A DNA stretch of 10,637 bases from an uncultured Solibacteraceae bacterium (GTDB taxonomy: Bacteria; Acidobacteriota; Terriglobia; Bryobacterales; Bryobacteraceae). Position numbers and translations under genes: made by a program. Positions 1 to 7,761 of the stretch are shown piece after piece. Numbering within the stretch: the first letter of the stretch is position 1; each line of letters begins with the position of its first letter. The stretch lies in contig CAYYNC010000107.1 of assembly GCA_964472745.1 (NCBI GenBank), positions 1-10,637 on the forward strand, written 5' to 3'. A model generated the notes under the pieces. That model had not been told where the DNA came from. It did no database searches and was given only the letters and a program-made list of their open reading frames with translations.

Positions 1-126
1 GGCGGCATGAAAATCTTCGCGCGCGGCAAAGATTTCAAGGGTTAGTAGTACAGGGGGTGTTTGTGTTCGGGTGCAACGGAAAGTCCGGATCGCCGCTGTT
101 GCAAGCTGGCGTCATAGGCGCCTGCC

Positions 127-393
127 TCACGCCTCCTCCGGGCCATCGCCTGTCCGGGGCGCTGAAGTTGACTGGCGGCAGCGTTGATATACGTTCCACT
201 CTCGTTCAGGGCGGAGCAGGGAAAGCTGAACCCGCGCAAGTACGACTGCCACGCCGGCGTCGCCGCCGGAGTCGCCTCTGGGACTCCCCCGCCGCCGCAG
301 GCGCCGTTGCCGGATCACGCGGGCAGCTTGGGACTTAGCAGCCATCGCGGCGACGGTCCACGGCGCAAGCATCAGACTGATTCGCAATTTCAT
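127..393 (-). CDS. Small hypothetical protein with signal-peptide-like N-terminus (MKLRISLMLAPWTVAAMAAKSQAA), immediately downstream of the kinase
   Basis: The ATG at 393-391 is preceded by GGAAGG (complement of 403-408), 9 nt upstream. The N-terminus is hydrophobic with an AMA-AK cleavage-like site. The downstream Arg/Gly-rich sequence is low-complexity, so the reading frame may be corrupted. Confidence 0.3.
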   Translation of the reverse strand: MKLRISLMLAPWTVAAMAAKSQAARVIRQRRLRRRGSPRGDSGGDAGVAVVLARVQLSLLRPEREWNVYQRCRQSTSAPRTGDGPEEA

Positions 394-418
394 GCCGATT
401 GTCCTTCCTGTTTCGAAC

Positions 419-1226
419 TCAAGGAAGCCGTCTTTCAGGCCCCTCTGAAACTGGAAACGGCAAATCCTGCCGCGCGGAGTCGCTCGTGGAAGTTCTCCAG
501 CGCCCACACTCCTTCGCCTGTCCCCGCGTCAACCCCGGCACAGCCTTCGCCACGCCGCCGCTCAGCGGGACCATCGTCACGTTGCCCGGCTTGAACTCGC
601 CGTGCACCACCCCGGCCGCCTGCGCCGCCGCCAGCCCTTGCGCCTGTTGCTCGATCACCGCCAGCGCACGCTCCGCCGGCTGCGGGCCTTCTTCTCTCAT
701 CCGCGCGCGCAGCCTCCGCCCGCGCAGGAGCTCCATCGTCAGCAGCAGCAAAGGCGCGCCCCCCTCTTCCGGCCGGTGCCCGGCGATGTCGTGAATTCGG
801 CAGACATTCGGATGCGTCACCCGCCGCGCCATCTGGATCTCGCGCCGGAATCCCTCGCTCACCGCTTCGCGCTCCCCGACCCCCGTGCGGATCGTCTTCA
901 GCCCGGCAGTCTGCCTCCAGTGGCTGTCCTCGGTCTCGCAGACCTCACCCATCCCCCCGGCCGATGAAACGCAAAACCCTGAACCGTCGCGCCGCCACAT
1001 CCCCCGCCGCGAACCGCGGCTTCTCCCGGCCGGACTCCCCTCCGAACGGAGCCATCGTCAGGTCCATCGATGGGCTCTCGTGCTCCGCCGGCATCCTCTC
1101 CAGGTAGCCCGCCAGCTCGGGCTCGCTCGCGCGCAGCCCGGCCGACAAATCCCTGCGCCCGCTCTCACTCGCGCCCAGCGCCTTGTAAAACGGATCCTTC
1201 AGCCTCTTCCATTCCCGCGGATTCAT
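419..1226 (-). pseudogene. Ser/Thr protein kinase, frameshifted and truncated, with degenerate catalytic motifs
   Basis: The N-terminal segment (ORF 945-1226) ends RFRVLRFIGRGDG*. The kinase segment (ORF 419-1000) continues SSAGGMGEV...LKTIR...HPNV...HGEFKPGN in another frame. The shift falls inside the glycine loop at a GGGGGG run (about 946-960). HRD is replaced by HGE, and the DFG region reads VPG. There is no C-terminal lobe. Pairing with the upstream ECF sigma is typical of ECF43-like STK-associated sigmas. Confidence 0.6.
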
Positions 1227-1785
1227 TCATCGTCCCTCGACCCTTCACGCGCGCTTTCAGCCACGCGCGGGTCACCGCCCGGTCGCGCTTCACCGTCTTC
1301 TCCGAAATGCCCGGCGCCTCGGCGATCTCCGCCGCCTCCAGCCCCGTGAACCAGCGCAGTTCGACAATCCGCGCGCTGCGTGCGTCCATCCGCTCCAACT
1401 GCTCCAGCCATCTCGTTCCAGTGGAGGACCTCGTCCGGCGCGATCGTCTGCGCCGCCGCTTCGTCCGGCGGCTCCACCTGACTCCTGCCCCCGCCGCGCT
1501 TGGCCCGCAGGGTCCGCCGCGCGTGATCCACCAGCACCTGCCGCATCGCCCGCGCCGCCACCGCCGGAAAATGCGTCCGGTCCTTCCAGTCTTTTCGTTT
1601 GTCCCCGCCAGCCGCGGAAACAGCTCGTTGACCAGCGCCGCCGGCTGGAGCGTGTGCTCCCGAGCCTCCCTCCTCATCAGCGCCGCCGCGATCTTGCGCA
1701 GCTCTCCGCACACCAGCGGAAGAACCTCCCCCGCCGCGCTCGCGTCCCCTCTCCGCCACTTCTCCAGCAGCATCGCTACTTCCAT
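1165..1785 (-). pseudogene. ECF-type RNA polymerase sigma factor (TIGR02999/ECF43-like), with two compensating frameshifts
   Basis: Region 2 is in frame A (DEAMEVAMLLEKWRRGD...LPLVCGELRKIAAALMRREAREHTLQPAALVNELFPRLAG). The middle is in frame B (ORF 1223-1876: DRTHFPAVAARAMRQVLVDHARRTLRAKRGGG...). Region 4 is back in frame A (ARSARIVELRWFTGLEAAEIAEAPGISEKTVKRDRAVTRAWLKARV). The likely start is the ATG at 1785-1783, preceded by AGGGA. The 3' end overlaps the kinase start. Confidence 0.65.
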
Positions 1786-2068
1786 CGCTTCGTCCCTGTG
1801 AGCCGTTCGTATTGGACTCGCCCCAAGGCGGATGGCCCATGTCTCTGGATCGCAACCGCTCCTCAACCGGCTGCAATGTTCTCCTGTTGCCAAATCATGC
1901 CGCAAACAAGCGAGTTGGAAGCCTGCGCCGCCCGTTCACCTCTCCTCGAACGCTTGCTCCACGTCTGTCCCGTCCACCGAAGCGATTTGGACCCAGGTGA
2001 CATCAACCATGCCAAAACCTCTCGTCTGACGTTTTCCCCTGCTTAACTGAAGGCTCGGCGGCTCACGT

Positions 2069-2089
2069 TTGAATTAACAGGTGTAAACT
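2069..2089 (+). promoter_or_regulatory. Possible sigma70-like promoter (TTGAAT ... TAAACT) upstream of the SPFH gene
   Basis: TTGAAT at 2069-2074 and TGTAAACT at 2082-2089 lie in an AT-richer intergenic stretch 22 nt upstream of the 2111 start. The spacing is not canonical, so this is weak. Confidence 0.15.
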
Positions 2090-2110
2090 GGCTCTAGGCT
2101 GAAACGAAGT

Positions 2111-3946
2111 ATGATGCCGGGCTGTCTTCCCGCAGTCTCCGCGATTGGTGTGTGCCTGCTGACCTGCATCCTGTGGCCATGCCTGGGCCAGACAACTGCT
2201 TCAACCGCCAGACGGTCGAGCTCCTCCAATCCCAAGTGCCAGTTCCTGCGGCAGGAACTCAGGCGGCTTGCCCAAGAGCGCGAAGAAGTGGTCCAGAATT
2301 CACCATTCAGGTCTGTCACAAACCTCGAGCAGCTTGCGGAGGCAGAAGGAACAATCGACTCGCTCGCCCAGTACTTCGCCGATGTGGAACAGCGAATGTC
2401 TCGCGAGCGGATTCTGCGCGACAGGATTTCTTACTGTGATGCCCAGCGGAGTCTGGCCTCCATGGATAGGTTGGAGTCTATCGAGAGGCTGCGCGCTCGA
2501 CAGGTGGACGACGTGCGGGGGCGCTGGCGCGCGATCGCGGGCGAGCCGGACACGCCGGCCGAGGCTGCGGTGGTTGCCCGCATCAACCAGGTCTTTGAAG
2601 AAGAGGGCTTGAACCTTCAACGCGCCGCTGCCGTTGACCACGGATGGGATCCTGAGGTCCGGATGGGATACCCCAACCTGGTCCAGTTGATCCGCGATTC
2701 ACAGCTCGATCCTGAGACCAAGGACAGCTTATCCACTAAGATCGCCTTGATCCGGTTCGAGGAAGCCGGCAGGCTCGCGAATATCTTGGCCGGCATCGAC
2801 AAGGACTCCAGCCTGAACTACGCAATTAAGTTGCGGAATATCTTAGCCCAGAGAGAGACGCTGATGGAACAGGTGCGTCGTGATCGCGCCGCCGCCGAAC
2901 AGAAAGCCGTTAAAGAGCGATGGAGAAACCTGATGTGGACCTATGGACCGCTCGTCTTCGTGGGTTTGGGCGCCCTGGTCGTGGCCTGGGTGTTTCTGAG
3001 TTACGCGCGTGCCAAAGTACATGCTTTCCGAACGGGCAAGAAAAGAGTCCCTTATTGGGGAGGACTTGCGGAATTGATCCTCTGGGAGCCGGGTGAAACG
3101 GTTGTCATCCTCCAAAACAAACGGCTCACTCCGATGGGCGACCCGGGCGGCGGAATGACCTCGATCTCCGCGTGGAGAGGGCAGGAATACAAGGGCCGCA
3201 TCACTTACAAAACGCGGATGTCGATGTGGCGTAGCGGCCCGATCCTCACCAGCGACGGCCTGCAAGTCAGTCTGGCATTTGGGATCTGGTGGAAGATTGT
3301 CGATCCCGGAAGGCACGTCTCGGCGATCGCAGCGGACTACCACCTCGGCTCAGAACATCGCACCGACGAACTCACCGAAGCCGCTGAAGTCTGGATCGAG
3401 CGCTTCGCCGCCAGCACGCTGAGGGAACAGGTGAACATGCTCCCAGCCGAGAGGCTCATTTCGCCATATGTGCAGACCTATATCCAAGTGGCGAATGAAC
3501 GATCAAGCGAAGTCCCTCAGTTCTCCGACGTTCTGCTCACCGCGCGCGCCCAGCTCAGCGAGAAAACCACTGCCTACGGCATTCAGATCGAGCGCCTCGA
3601 AGTGCAGGAGTTGATCCTCCCGCCCGTCTATCAGGAGAAACTGGAAGCGGTGCGCGTCGCCTTCCTGGAACCCTACCAATCCAAGGCGCTGACCGAGGCC
3701 CAGGTCATTGCACTCCGCGGTTTGGCGAGCGTCATCGGTCCGGAGAAGGTCGGCCTGATCGAGATTCTCAAGCACGTCGATCTTTCCAGGGCGACCATGA
3801 ACCCCTTTACCGGCGTTGTTCCCGTCGTGCAGCCAATCTTGAATACAGTGACGGACTCCACTCTCAAAGGCTTGGATGCCCCGGTAGCGCCCGCTGCAAG
3901 TCTAAACCCAGGTGAGGGTGAACCGGGCTCCGAGAAAGGCGCTTGA
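2111..3946 (+). CDS. SPFH/band-7 (stomatin/flotillin-like) domain membrane protein with a long N-terminal coiled-coil-rich domain
   Basis: This is a 611-aa ORF ending in TGA at 3944-3946. A single strong transmembrane helix (LMWTYGPLVFVGLGALVVAWVFLSYA) lies at about aa 277-300. The C-terminal ~300 aa match the SPFH pattern (LQVSLAFGIWWKIVDPGRHVSAIAADY...; AYGIQIERLEVQELILPPVYQEKLEAV). The N-terminal ~270 aa are heptad-like and rich in R, E and L. The start is uncertain because the first 30 aa are hydrophobic and Cys-rich. Confidence 0.7.
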   Translation: MMPGCLPAVSAIGVCLLTCILWPCLGQTTASTARRSSSSNPKCQFLRQELRRLAQEREEVVQNSPFRSVTNLEQLAEAEGTIDSLAQYFADVEQRMSRERILRDRISYCDAQRSLASMDRLESIERLRARQVDDVRGRWRAIAGEPDTPAEAAVVARINQVFEEEGLNLQRAAAVDHGWDPEVRMGYPNLVQLIRDSQLDPETKDSLSTKIALIRFEEAGRLANILAGIDKDSSLNYAIKLRNILAQRETLMEQVRRDRAAAEQKAVKERWRNLMWTYGPLVFVGLGALVVAWVFLSYARAKVHAFRTGKKRVPYWGGLAELILWEPGETVVILQNKRLTPMGDPGGGMTSISAWRGQEYKGRITYKTRMSMWRSGPILTSDGLQVSLAFGIWWKIVDPGRHVSAIAADYHLGSEHRTDELTEAAEVWIERFAASTLREQVNMLPAERLISPYVQTYIQVANERSSEVPQFSDVLLTARAQLSEKTTAYGIQIERLEVQELILPPVYQEKLEAVRVAFLEPYQSKALTEAQVIALRGLASVIGPEKVGLIEILKHVDLSRATMNPFTGVVPVVQPILNTVTDSTLKGLDAPVAPAASLNPGEGEPGSEKGA

Positions 3947-4322
3947 CCTCCGCCGCAGGCAGCGTGCGCAAGCCGACAACGCCTGCCCTTCGCCGCGCTC
4001 GGGGACATTGCATGTCCCTCCTGGACCCTGGCGCACGAGCGCAATGGCAAGCTTGCACTCGGCCCCATGGGACTCGATGCTTTTTTGGCGATAGAACCTT
4101 CTCGTACCAGCCTGAATGAACACCGCGAATACCTTGCGCCCGGGCGAAGTGACGATCGGCCAGGTCTGCACTCTCGACCTCGTGAAGTCCCTCCAGCCGC
4201 GCTTCGCTGCCTGCGGTTAGAACCTCACTCGGGCGAAGGCCTCCTCCGCGGAATCCGAAGCCGCGGCAACAAAGGCCACCCCACGCCCGCGCGTTGTCGA
4301 GCTTGCGCCTCCTCGCCCCCCT

Positions 4323-4937
4323 CTATGCTGGCCCCCCCGCGCCCCGCACGATCGCCTCCAGCGCAATCCGCGGGCAGATCGCGCCCCGGATGTAATCCAG
4401 CAAACTCAAGCCGGCCCGCCGGATCCGCTTCTCAACCGCCCCGTCCAAACATCGCCCCTCCTCATCGAAGACCTTCTGAACGTTGGCCACCGAAACAGCG
4501 CCCGGCAAAACGATCGCCCCCACATGCAGGCACACCCCGGCCAGCGACTCCAGCGACTTGATCGCCCCGATCTGCCCCTGCGCCACCCCCACCAGCGCCA
4601 CCGGTTTTCCCGCCAGCACCGAAGGGAACCCCAGATTCTCGATCACCAGCTTGATCACGCTCGAAAACGACCCGTGATACTCGGGCGTGGCCAGGACTAC
4701 GCCGGTCGCGCGCCTCACCTTCTCCCGCAGCCCCTTCGAATCCGGCAGCTCGAGATTCACCCCCGGCGGCGGCAACTGCAATCCCGCCGGATCGATCAGC
4801 TCCACCCCAACGCCCTCCTGCCGCTCGAGCTCATCCACCACCAGCCGCAGCGCCTTCAGCGTGTAACTCCCTGGCCTCACCGCGCCCGCGATGGCCACGA
4901 TCTGGATTCGTTCCGAACTCTTGTCGTCCATACGCAT
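4323..4937 (-). CDS. NAD(P)H-dependent FMN reductase (SsuE/YieF/ArsH-like flavodoxin-fold oxidoreductase)
   Basis: N-terminal motif MDDKSSERIQIVAIAGAVRPGSYTLKAL matches the IVAIxGSxRxGSxN nucleotide-binding motif. TPEYHGSFSSVIKLVIENLG... matches the TPEYNGS signature. Stop is TAG (complement of 4323-4325). The start is at 4937 or 4931; the ORF track extends to 5012. Confidence 0.8.
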   Translation of the reverse strand: MRMDDKSSERIQIVAIAGAVRPGSYTLKALRLVVDELERQEGVGVELIDPAGLQLPPPGVNLELPDSKGLREKVRRATGVVLATPEYHGSFSSVIKLVIENLGFPSVLAGKPVALVGVAQGQIGAIKSLESLAGVCLHVGAIVLPGAVSVANVQKVFDEEGRCLDGAVEKRIRRAGLSLLDYIRGAICPRIALEAIVRGAGGPA

Positions 4938-5117
4938 TAGGATGTGCGTCCACGCCCTGCCGCGCCGGAAACCTTTCCTCTGCACTGCCGTCTTCAGGCC
5001 CGCTTCGCACATTCCGGGAGGATTGCATTGGCGCGGCTGGCCGCCGCTGATAGACTTTCATCGCAGCTTCGCGCTCGCCGGGATGGCGCCCATAACTGTA
5101 GCAAAGCGAGGCAAGTG

Positions 5118-5519
5118 ATGGAACCGGATCTCAACCAGGAACGCCGGCGGGCCCACACGTTGCTCGACCTGCTCCCTGGCGAAAAACTGAATGCCAGAAG
5201 GACTTTGCCCGAAATAATGGTTGAACCGCTCGCGCGCTCCTCGGCCCTGGCGCCTGTGGCAGAGGAAGAGATCGCTCCCGCCGCGGCTGCGGCCCTCGAT
5301 CGAGCTCGCGCGGCGCTCGCTCGCGGCGAGGGAATCCCGCACGAAGAAATCTTGCAGCGATTTGGGCCAGGCTGGTCAGCGCAGCCGTCACGCCCGAACG
5401 AATCGCCGTCATCTGGGCGGCGGATGCCCGGACTGAACTCCCGCCGATCGATCGAACTGCGGCAATGCGGATCCTCGATTGGAATGATCGTTATTTGGCC
5501 AGCCGCACCGGCGAGCTGA
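5118..5519 (+). CDS. Putative addiction-module antitoxin (TIGR02574-like), with an abnormally long C-terminal extension
   Basis: The ATG at 5118 is preceded by GAGG 8 nt upstream. The C-terminal core EEEIAPAAAAALDRARAALARGEGIPHEEILQRF matches the E-I-x-AW...R..E...G....IP.EEV motif of this antitoxin family. About 45 more aa read on with no stop, over the region where the partner toxin should begin. Confidence 0.45.
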   Translation: MEPDLNQERRRAHTLLDLLPGEKLNARRTLPEIMVEPLARSSALAPVAEEEIAPAAAAALDRARAALARGEGIPHEEILQRFGPGWSAQPSRPNESPSSGRRMPGLNSRRSIELRQCGSSIGMIVIWPAAPAS

Positions 5520-5647
5520 AACAACTCAAGCTGCCACGCCCCGGCTTCCGGCTCCGCTCTGGCGGCTCTTGCGTGTCTTTCGATCCCAAAGGCGCGAACA
5601 CCATCGGGATGACCGGCGCTCGCAACCGCCGCGAAGCGTATCGCTGA
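5372..5647 (+). CDS. RelE/ParE-family toxin-like ORF lacking a canonical start codon
   Basis: Frame-2 translation gives IAVIWAADARTELPPIDRTAAMRILDWNDRYLASRTGELKQLKLPRPGFRLRSGGSCVSFDPKGANTIGMTGARNRREAYR*. This aligns with the RelE/StbE pattern (...LP..i..ri...i..L...P....KkLkG....fRlRvGdyRviy.......i.i..ig.RkeaY). The frame is open back to 5225, but the first ATG is at 5465, in mid-domain. Confidence 0.45.
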   Translation: MVSAAVTPERIAVIWAADARTELPPIDRTAAMRILDWNDRYLASRTGELKQLKLPRPGFRLRSGGSCVSFDPKGANTIGMTGARNRREAYR

Positions 5648-5662
5648 CGGTTCATATCCGCT

Positions 5663-6115
5663 TCAACCTGACGTTCGCGCTTGGGGCTCCTTGGCGCGGA
5701 AAGGGTCCGCGATGCTCACATCGCGAACCTTCCGGCCGTGTTGCAGGTCTTCGCTGAGCAGCCTGTCGCAGCCGCCCCGGATTGCGGCGCTGACGATCGG
5801 TGCATCCCACCACGACAAGGAATCGTGGCGGTGAAGCTCCAGCGCGGTATCGAGCAGTTCGCGGCTGGATTGGACACGCCAAAGACGTTCGATCAGCTTT
5901 CGGTAGATCGAAGTTGCTTCCTCCGCGCTGAGCGGGACCGCCGCTTTGCGCAACACGACGTTGAACCATTCCTGCACCACTCCATCGCTCAGACATCCAT
6001 CGCCCGTTTCGTGGGCCGTCGCAATCCACTTCTGTGCCGCGGATTATCTCCCAGGGTCGGTTGGATCAATCGCGTACACCAGTAGGTTGGTGTCGAGGAA
6101 GAACCTGCCGCTCAT
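5663..6115 (-). pseudogene. vapC: VapC PIN-domain toxin with in-frame TAA nonsense codon at codon 24
   Basis: N-terminus is MSGRFFLDTNLLVYAIDPTDPGR, followed by TAA (complement of 6044-6046). The same frame continues SAAQKWIATAHETGDGCLSDGVVQEWFNVVLRKAAVPLSAEEA...LSWWDAPIVSAAIRGGCDRLLSEDLQHGRKVRDVSIADPF. The family is recognisable throughout. Reinitiation at the internal GTG would lose the first catalytic Asp. Confidence 0.75.
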
Positions 6116-6326
6116 TGCGCTCCTCGCGTGTGAAACGGCGCCCGGCTCGGAACTGGCCGGCGGCCTCCGCTGCGCGCCGGACGTCTTCGGGCGGCAAACG
6201 CGGTCGCTCCGCGTATCGGGCGAGCCATTCCCGAAAGACATTATTGAGGCTCGTGTTCTCGGCTTCCGCCCTCCGGCGCGCGCCCTCGATGAGCGCTTCG
6301 TCAGCACTAAGAGTGATGTTCTTCAC
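6066..6326 (-). CDS. vapB: VapB-like ribbon-helix-helix antitoxin (GTG start), C-terminally extended into vapC
   Basis: VKNITLSADEALIEGARRRAEAENTSLNNVFREWLARYAERP...GRRFTREERNER matches antitoxins of this class, which usually end near ...NER. Here the frame continues 13 aa further (QVLPRHQPTGVRD) and overlaps the vapC start by about 50 nt. A lost stop (CAG where TAG is expected) would explain this. Confidence 0.6.
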   Translation of the reverse strand: MKNITLSADEALIEGARRRAEAENTSLNNVFREWLARYAERPRLPPEDVRRAAEAAGQFRAGRRFTREERNERQVLPRHQPTGVRD

Positions 6327-6422
6327 GCATGTAGGGTGCGCGAGTCGTGCACACAGAAGTGGACCCCGTGTTCTGGACAGCCCCGTTCGGTGGATCTGCG
6401 GCATGGAAAATGGACAGAAGCA

Positions 6423-6706
6423 ATGCCGAAAACCCGCAAGACTCACCAGCCGAGCCTGAAGGCGAAGGCCGCCGTGGTGGCGATCCGCGGCGTTGGGACA
6501 ACCGCGGAGATCGCGAAAATCTTTGACGTGCATCCCAATCTGGTCGCCAACTGGAAGCGCAGGCGCCGGAGCGGCTGCCGGCGATCTTGGCCGGCGCTCA
6601 GGCTGCGCGCCAGCATTCCGGCCCCGAGAAGGACGCCCTCTACCAGCAGATCGGGAGGCTGAAAGTGGAGCTCGACTGTCTCAAAAGAGTCGGCTGGCAG
6701 GATTAA
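6423..6706 (+). pseudogene. IS3-family transposase OrfA, internally frameshifted
   Basis: The N-terminus MPKTRKTHQPSLKAKAAVVAIRGVGTTAEIAKIFDVHPNLVANWKRR (HTH) is in frame 0. The leucine-zipper part ...ERLPAILAGAQAARQHSGPEKDALYQQIGRLKVELDCLKRVGWQD* is in frame 2 and ends with TAA at 6704-6706. Frame 0 stops at 6660-6662. Confidence 0.65.
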
Positions 6707-7562
6707 GGACAAACGCCGGTGGGCCGATCCGTTCCATCCCCAGCTCAGCATCCAGAGCCAGTGCCGGTTGCCGGGGCTGTCCCGCTCCAGCTACTACTCC
6801 CAGCCACGGGCGGAAAGCGGGGAAACGCTGGCGCTGCCGCGCCGGCTGGACGAACTCTACATGGAACGGCCGTTCTTCGGCAGCCGCCGCACGGCGGCGA
6901 TGCTCGGCGTGAACCGCAAGCCGATGCAGCGGCTGATGCGCCTGGCCGGCATCGAGGCGCTGTGGTGGAAGCCGCGGCTCAGCCGGCCGCGGCCCTGTCG
7001 CGAGATCCGTCCTTGCTTGCTGCGCGATGTGGCGATCGAGCGGCCCAACCAGGTCTGGGCGCGCGACATCACCTCTGTGCCGATGCGCCGGGGCTTTCTC
7101 TACCTGGAGGCGGTGATGGACCGGTTCAGCCGCTACGTGCTGAGTTGGGAGTTGTCGGCGACCCTGGACACCGGCTTCTGCCTGGGGGCATTGGCAGCCG
7201 CCCTGCGCCAGGGCGCGCCGGAGAGTTTCAACACCGGCCAGGGCTGGCAATTCACTGCGGCCGATTTCACCGGCGCCGTGCAGCAGCGCCAGATCCGGAT
7301 CAGTATGGACGGCCGCGGCCGCTGGCTGGACAATGTTTTCGAGCGCTTGTGGCGCTCGGTGAAGTAGGAGCTGATCGAGCCGGGGGACTTCGCCGACGGG
7401 CATGAGCTGTGGATGGCGCTGGAGAATTGTTTCCGGTTCTACAGCCACAGCCGGCGGCACCAGGCGCTCGGCTGCCGGAGGCCGGCCGAGGTGTTCGCTT
7501 CGCGCGGCATGCAGCCGGTGGTTGCCCGAAATTGGGGCTCCGCCCCAAACCCCGGGATGTAG
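6663..7562 (+). pseudogene. IS3-family transposase OrfB (integrase core), with in-frame TAG and a mutated DDE motif
   Basis: SKESAGRIKDKRRWADPFHPQLSIQSQCRLPGLSRSSYY...FGSRRTAAMLGVNRKPMQRLMRLAGIEAL...VWARDITSVPMRRGFLYLEAVMDRFSRYVLSWEL...FNTGQGWQFTAADF...LDNVFERLWRSVK*ELIEPGDFADGHELWMALENCFRFYSHSRRHQALGCRRPAEVF. TAG at 7366-7368 replaces the conserved Tyr of the KYE motif. The HSDqG motif reads NTGQG, so the second catalytic Asp is lost. OrfB is in the same frame as the OrfA N-terminus. Confidence 0.7.
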
Positions 7563-7761
7563 CGCTTTCGGCCAGACTGATTGCTTCGCTGTTGAGGAAG
7601 CATTCGGGCCGCCGGACAATCGAGGAGCCTCGCAGGAGGACAGGGCAACGCAGGGATGCGACCCGGGCGCCTGGCGAGGTCCGGACTGACAGGGCGGTAG
7701 CAAGACCGCCCTGCGAACCCGCCGCGATCCACTTAAGGAACGGGCGAAAACTCTCCAGTCT

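Larger units (their letters stand above)
6355..7640 (+). mobile_element. IS3-family insertion sequence relic (boundaries approximate; terminal inverted repeats not identified)
   Basis: It contains an IS3-type OrfA (HTH plus leucine zipper) and OrfB (HTH_21 plus rve/DDE core) in the usual order. The ends are estimated from typical 50-70 bp flanks. No convincing terminal inverted repeats could be aligned by eye. Confidence 0.55.

Noticed and set aside
1070-1801. 243-aa plus-strand ORF (and other long plus-strand ORFs at 184-1349) overlapping the sigma/kinase genes
   Set aside because: Antisense to clearly recognisable ECF sigma and kinase coding sequence. Ser/Arg/Pro/Ala-rich with no motifs.
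2111-2200. Lipoprotein or signal peptide at the SPFH protein N-terminus (LLTCILWPC)
   Set aside because: No canonical lipobox (L-[AST]-[GA]-C). The hydrophobic start may simply reflect an incorrectly chosen upstream start codon.
4067-4561. 164-aa plus-strand Pro/Arg-rich ORF
   Set aside because: Antisense to the FMN reductase gene. Low-complexity.
6355-6425. Attempt to define IS3 terminal inverted repeats (for example TGGACCCCGTGTTCTGGACAGCC at about 6359-6381 against the region after 7562)
   Set aside because: The best by-eye match was about 8 of 14 positions, which is not convincing. Boundaries are left approximate.
6044-7368. In-frame TAA (vapC) and TAG (IS3 orfB) as possible stop-codon recoding or suppression
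   Set aside because: TAG and TGA terminate the intact genes here (FMN reductase and csx3 use TAG; SPFH, cas6 and cas2 use TGA). No suppressor tRNA is in the window. Both affected genes also carry other lesions, so ordinary nonsense mutations are the simpler explanation.
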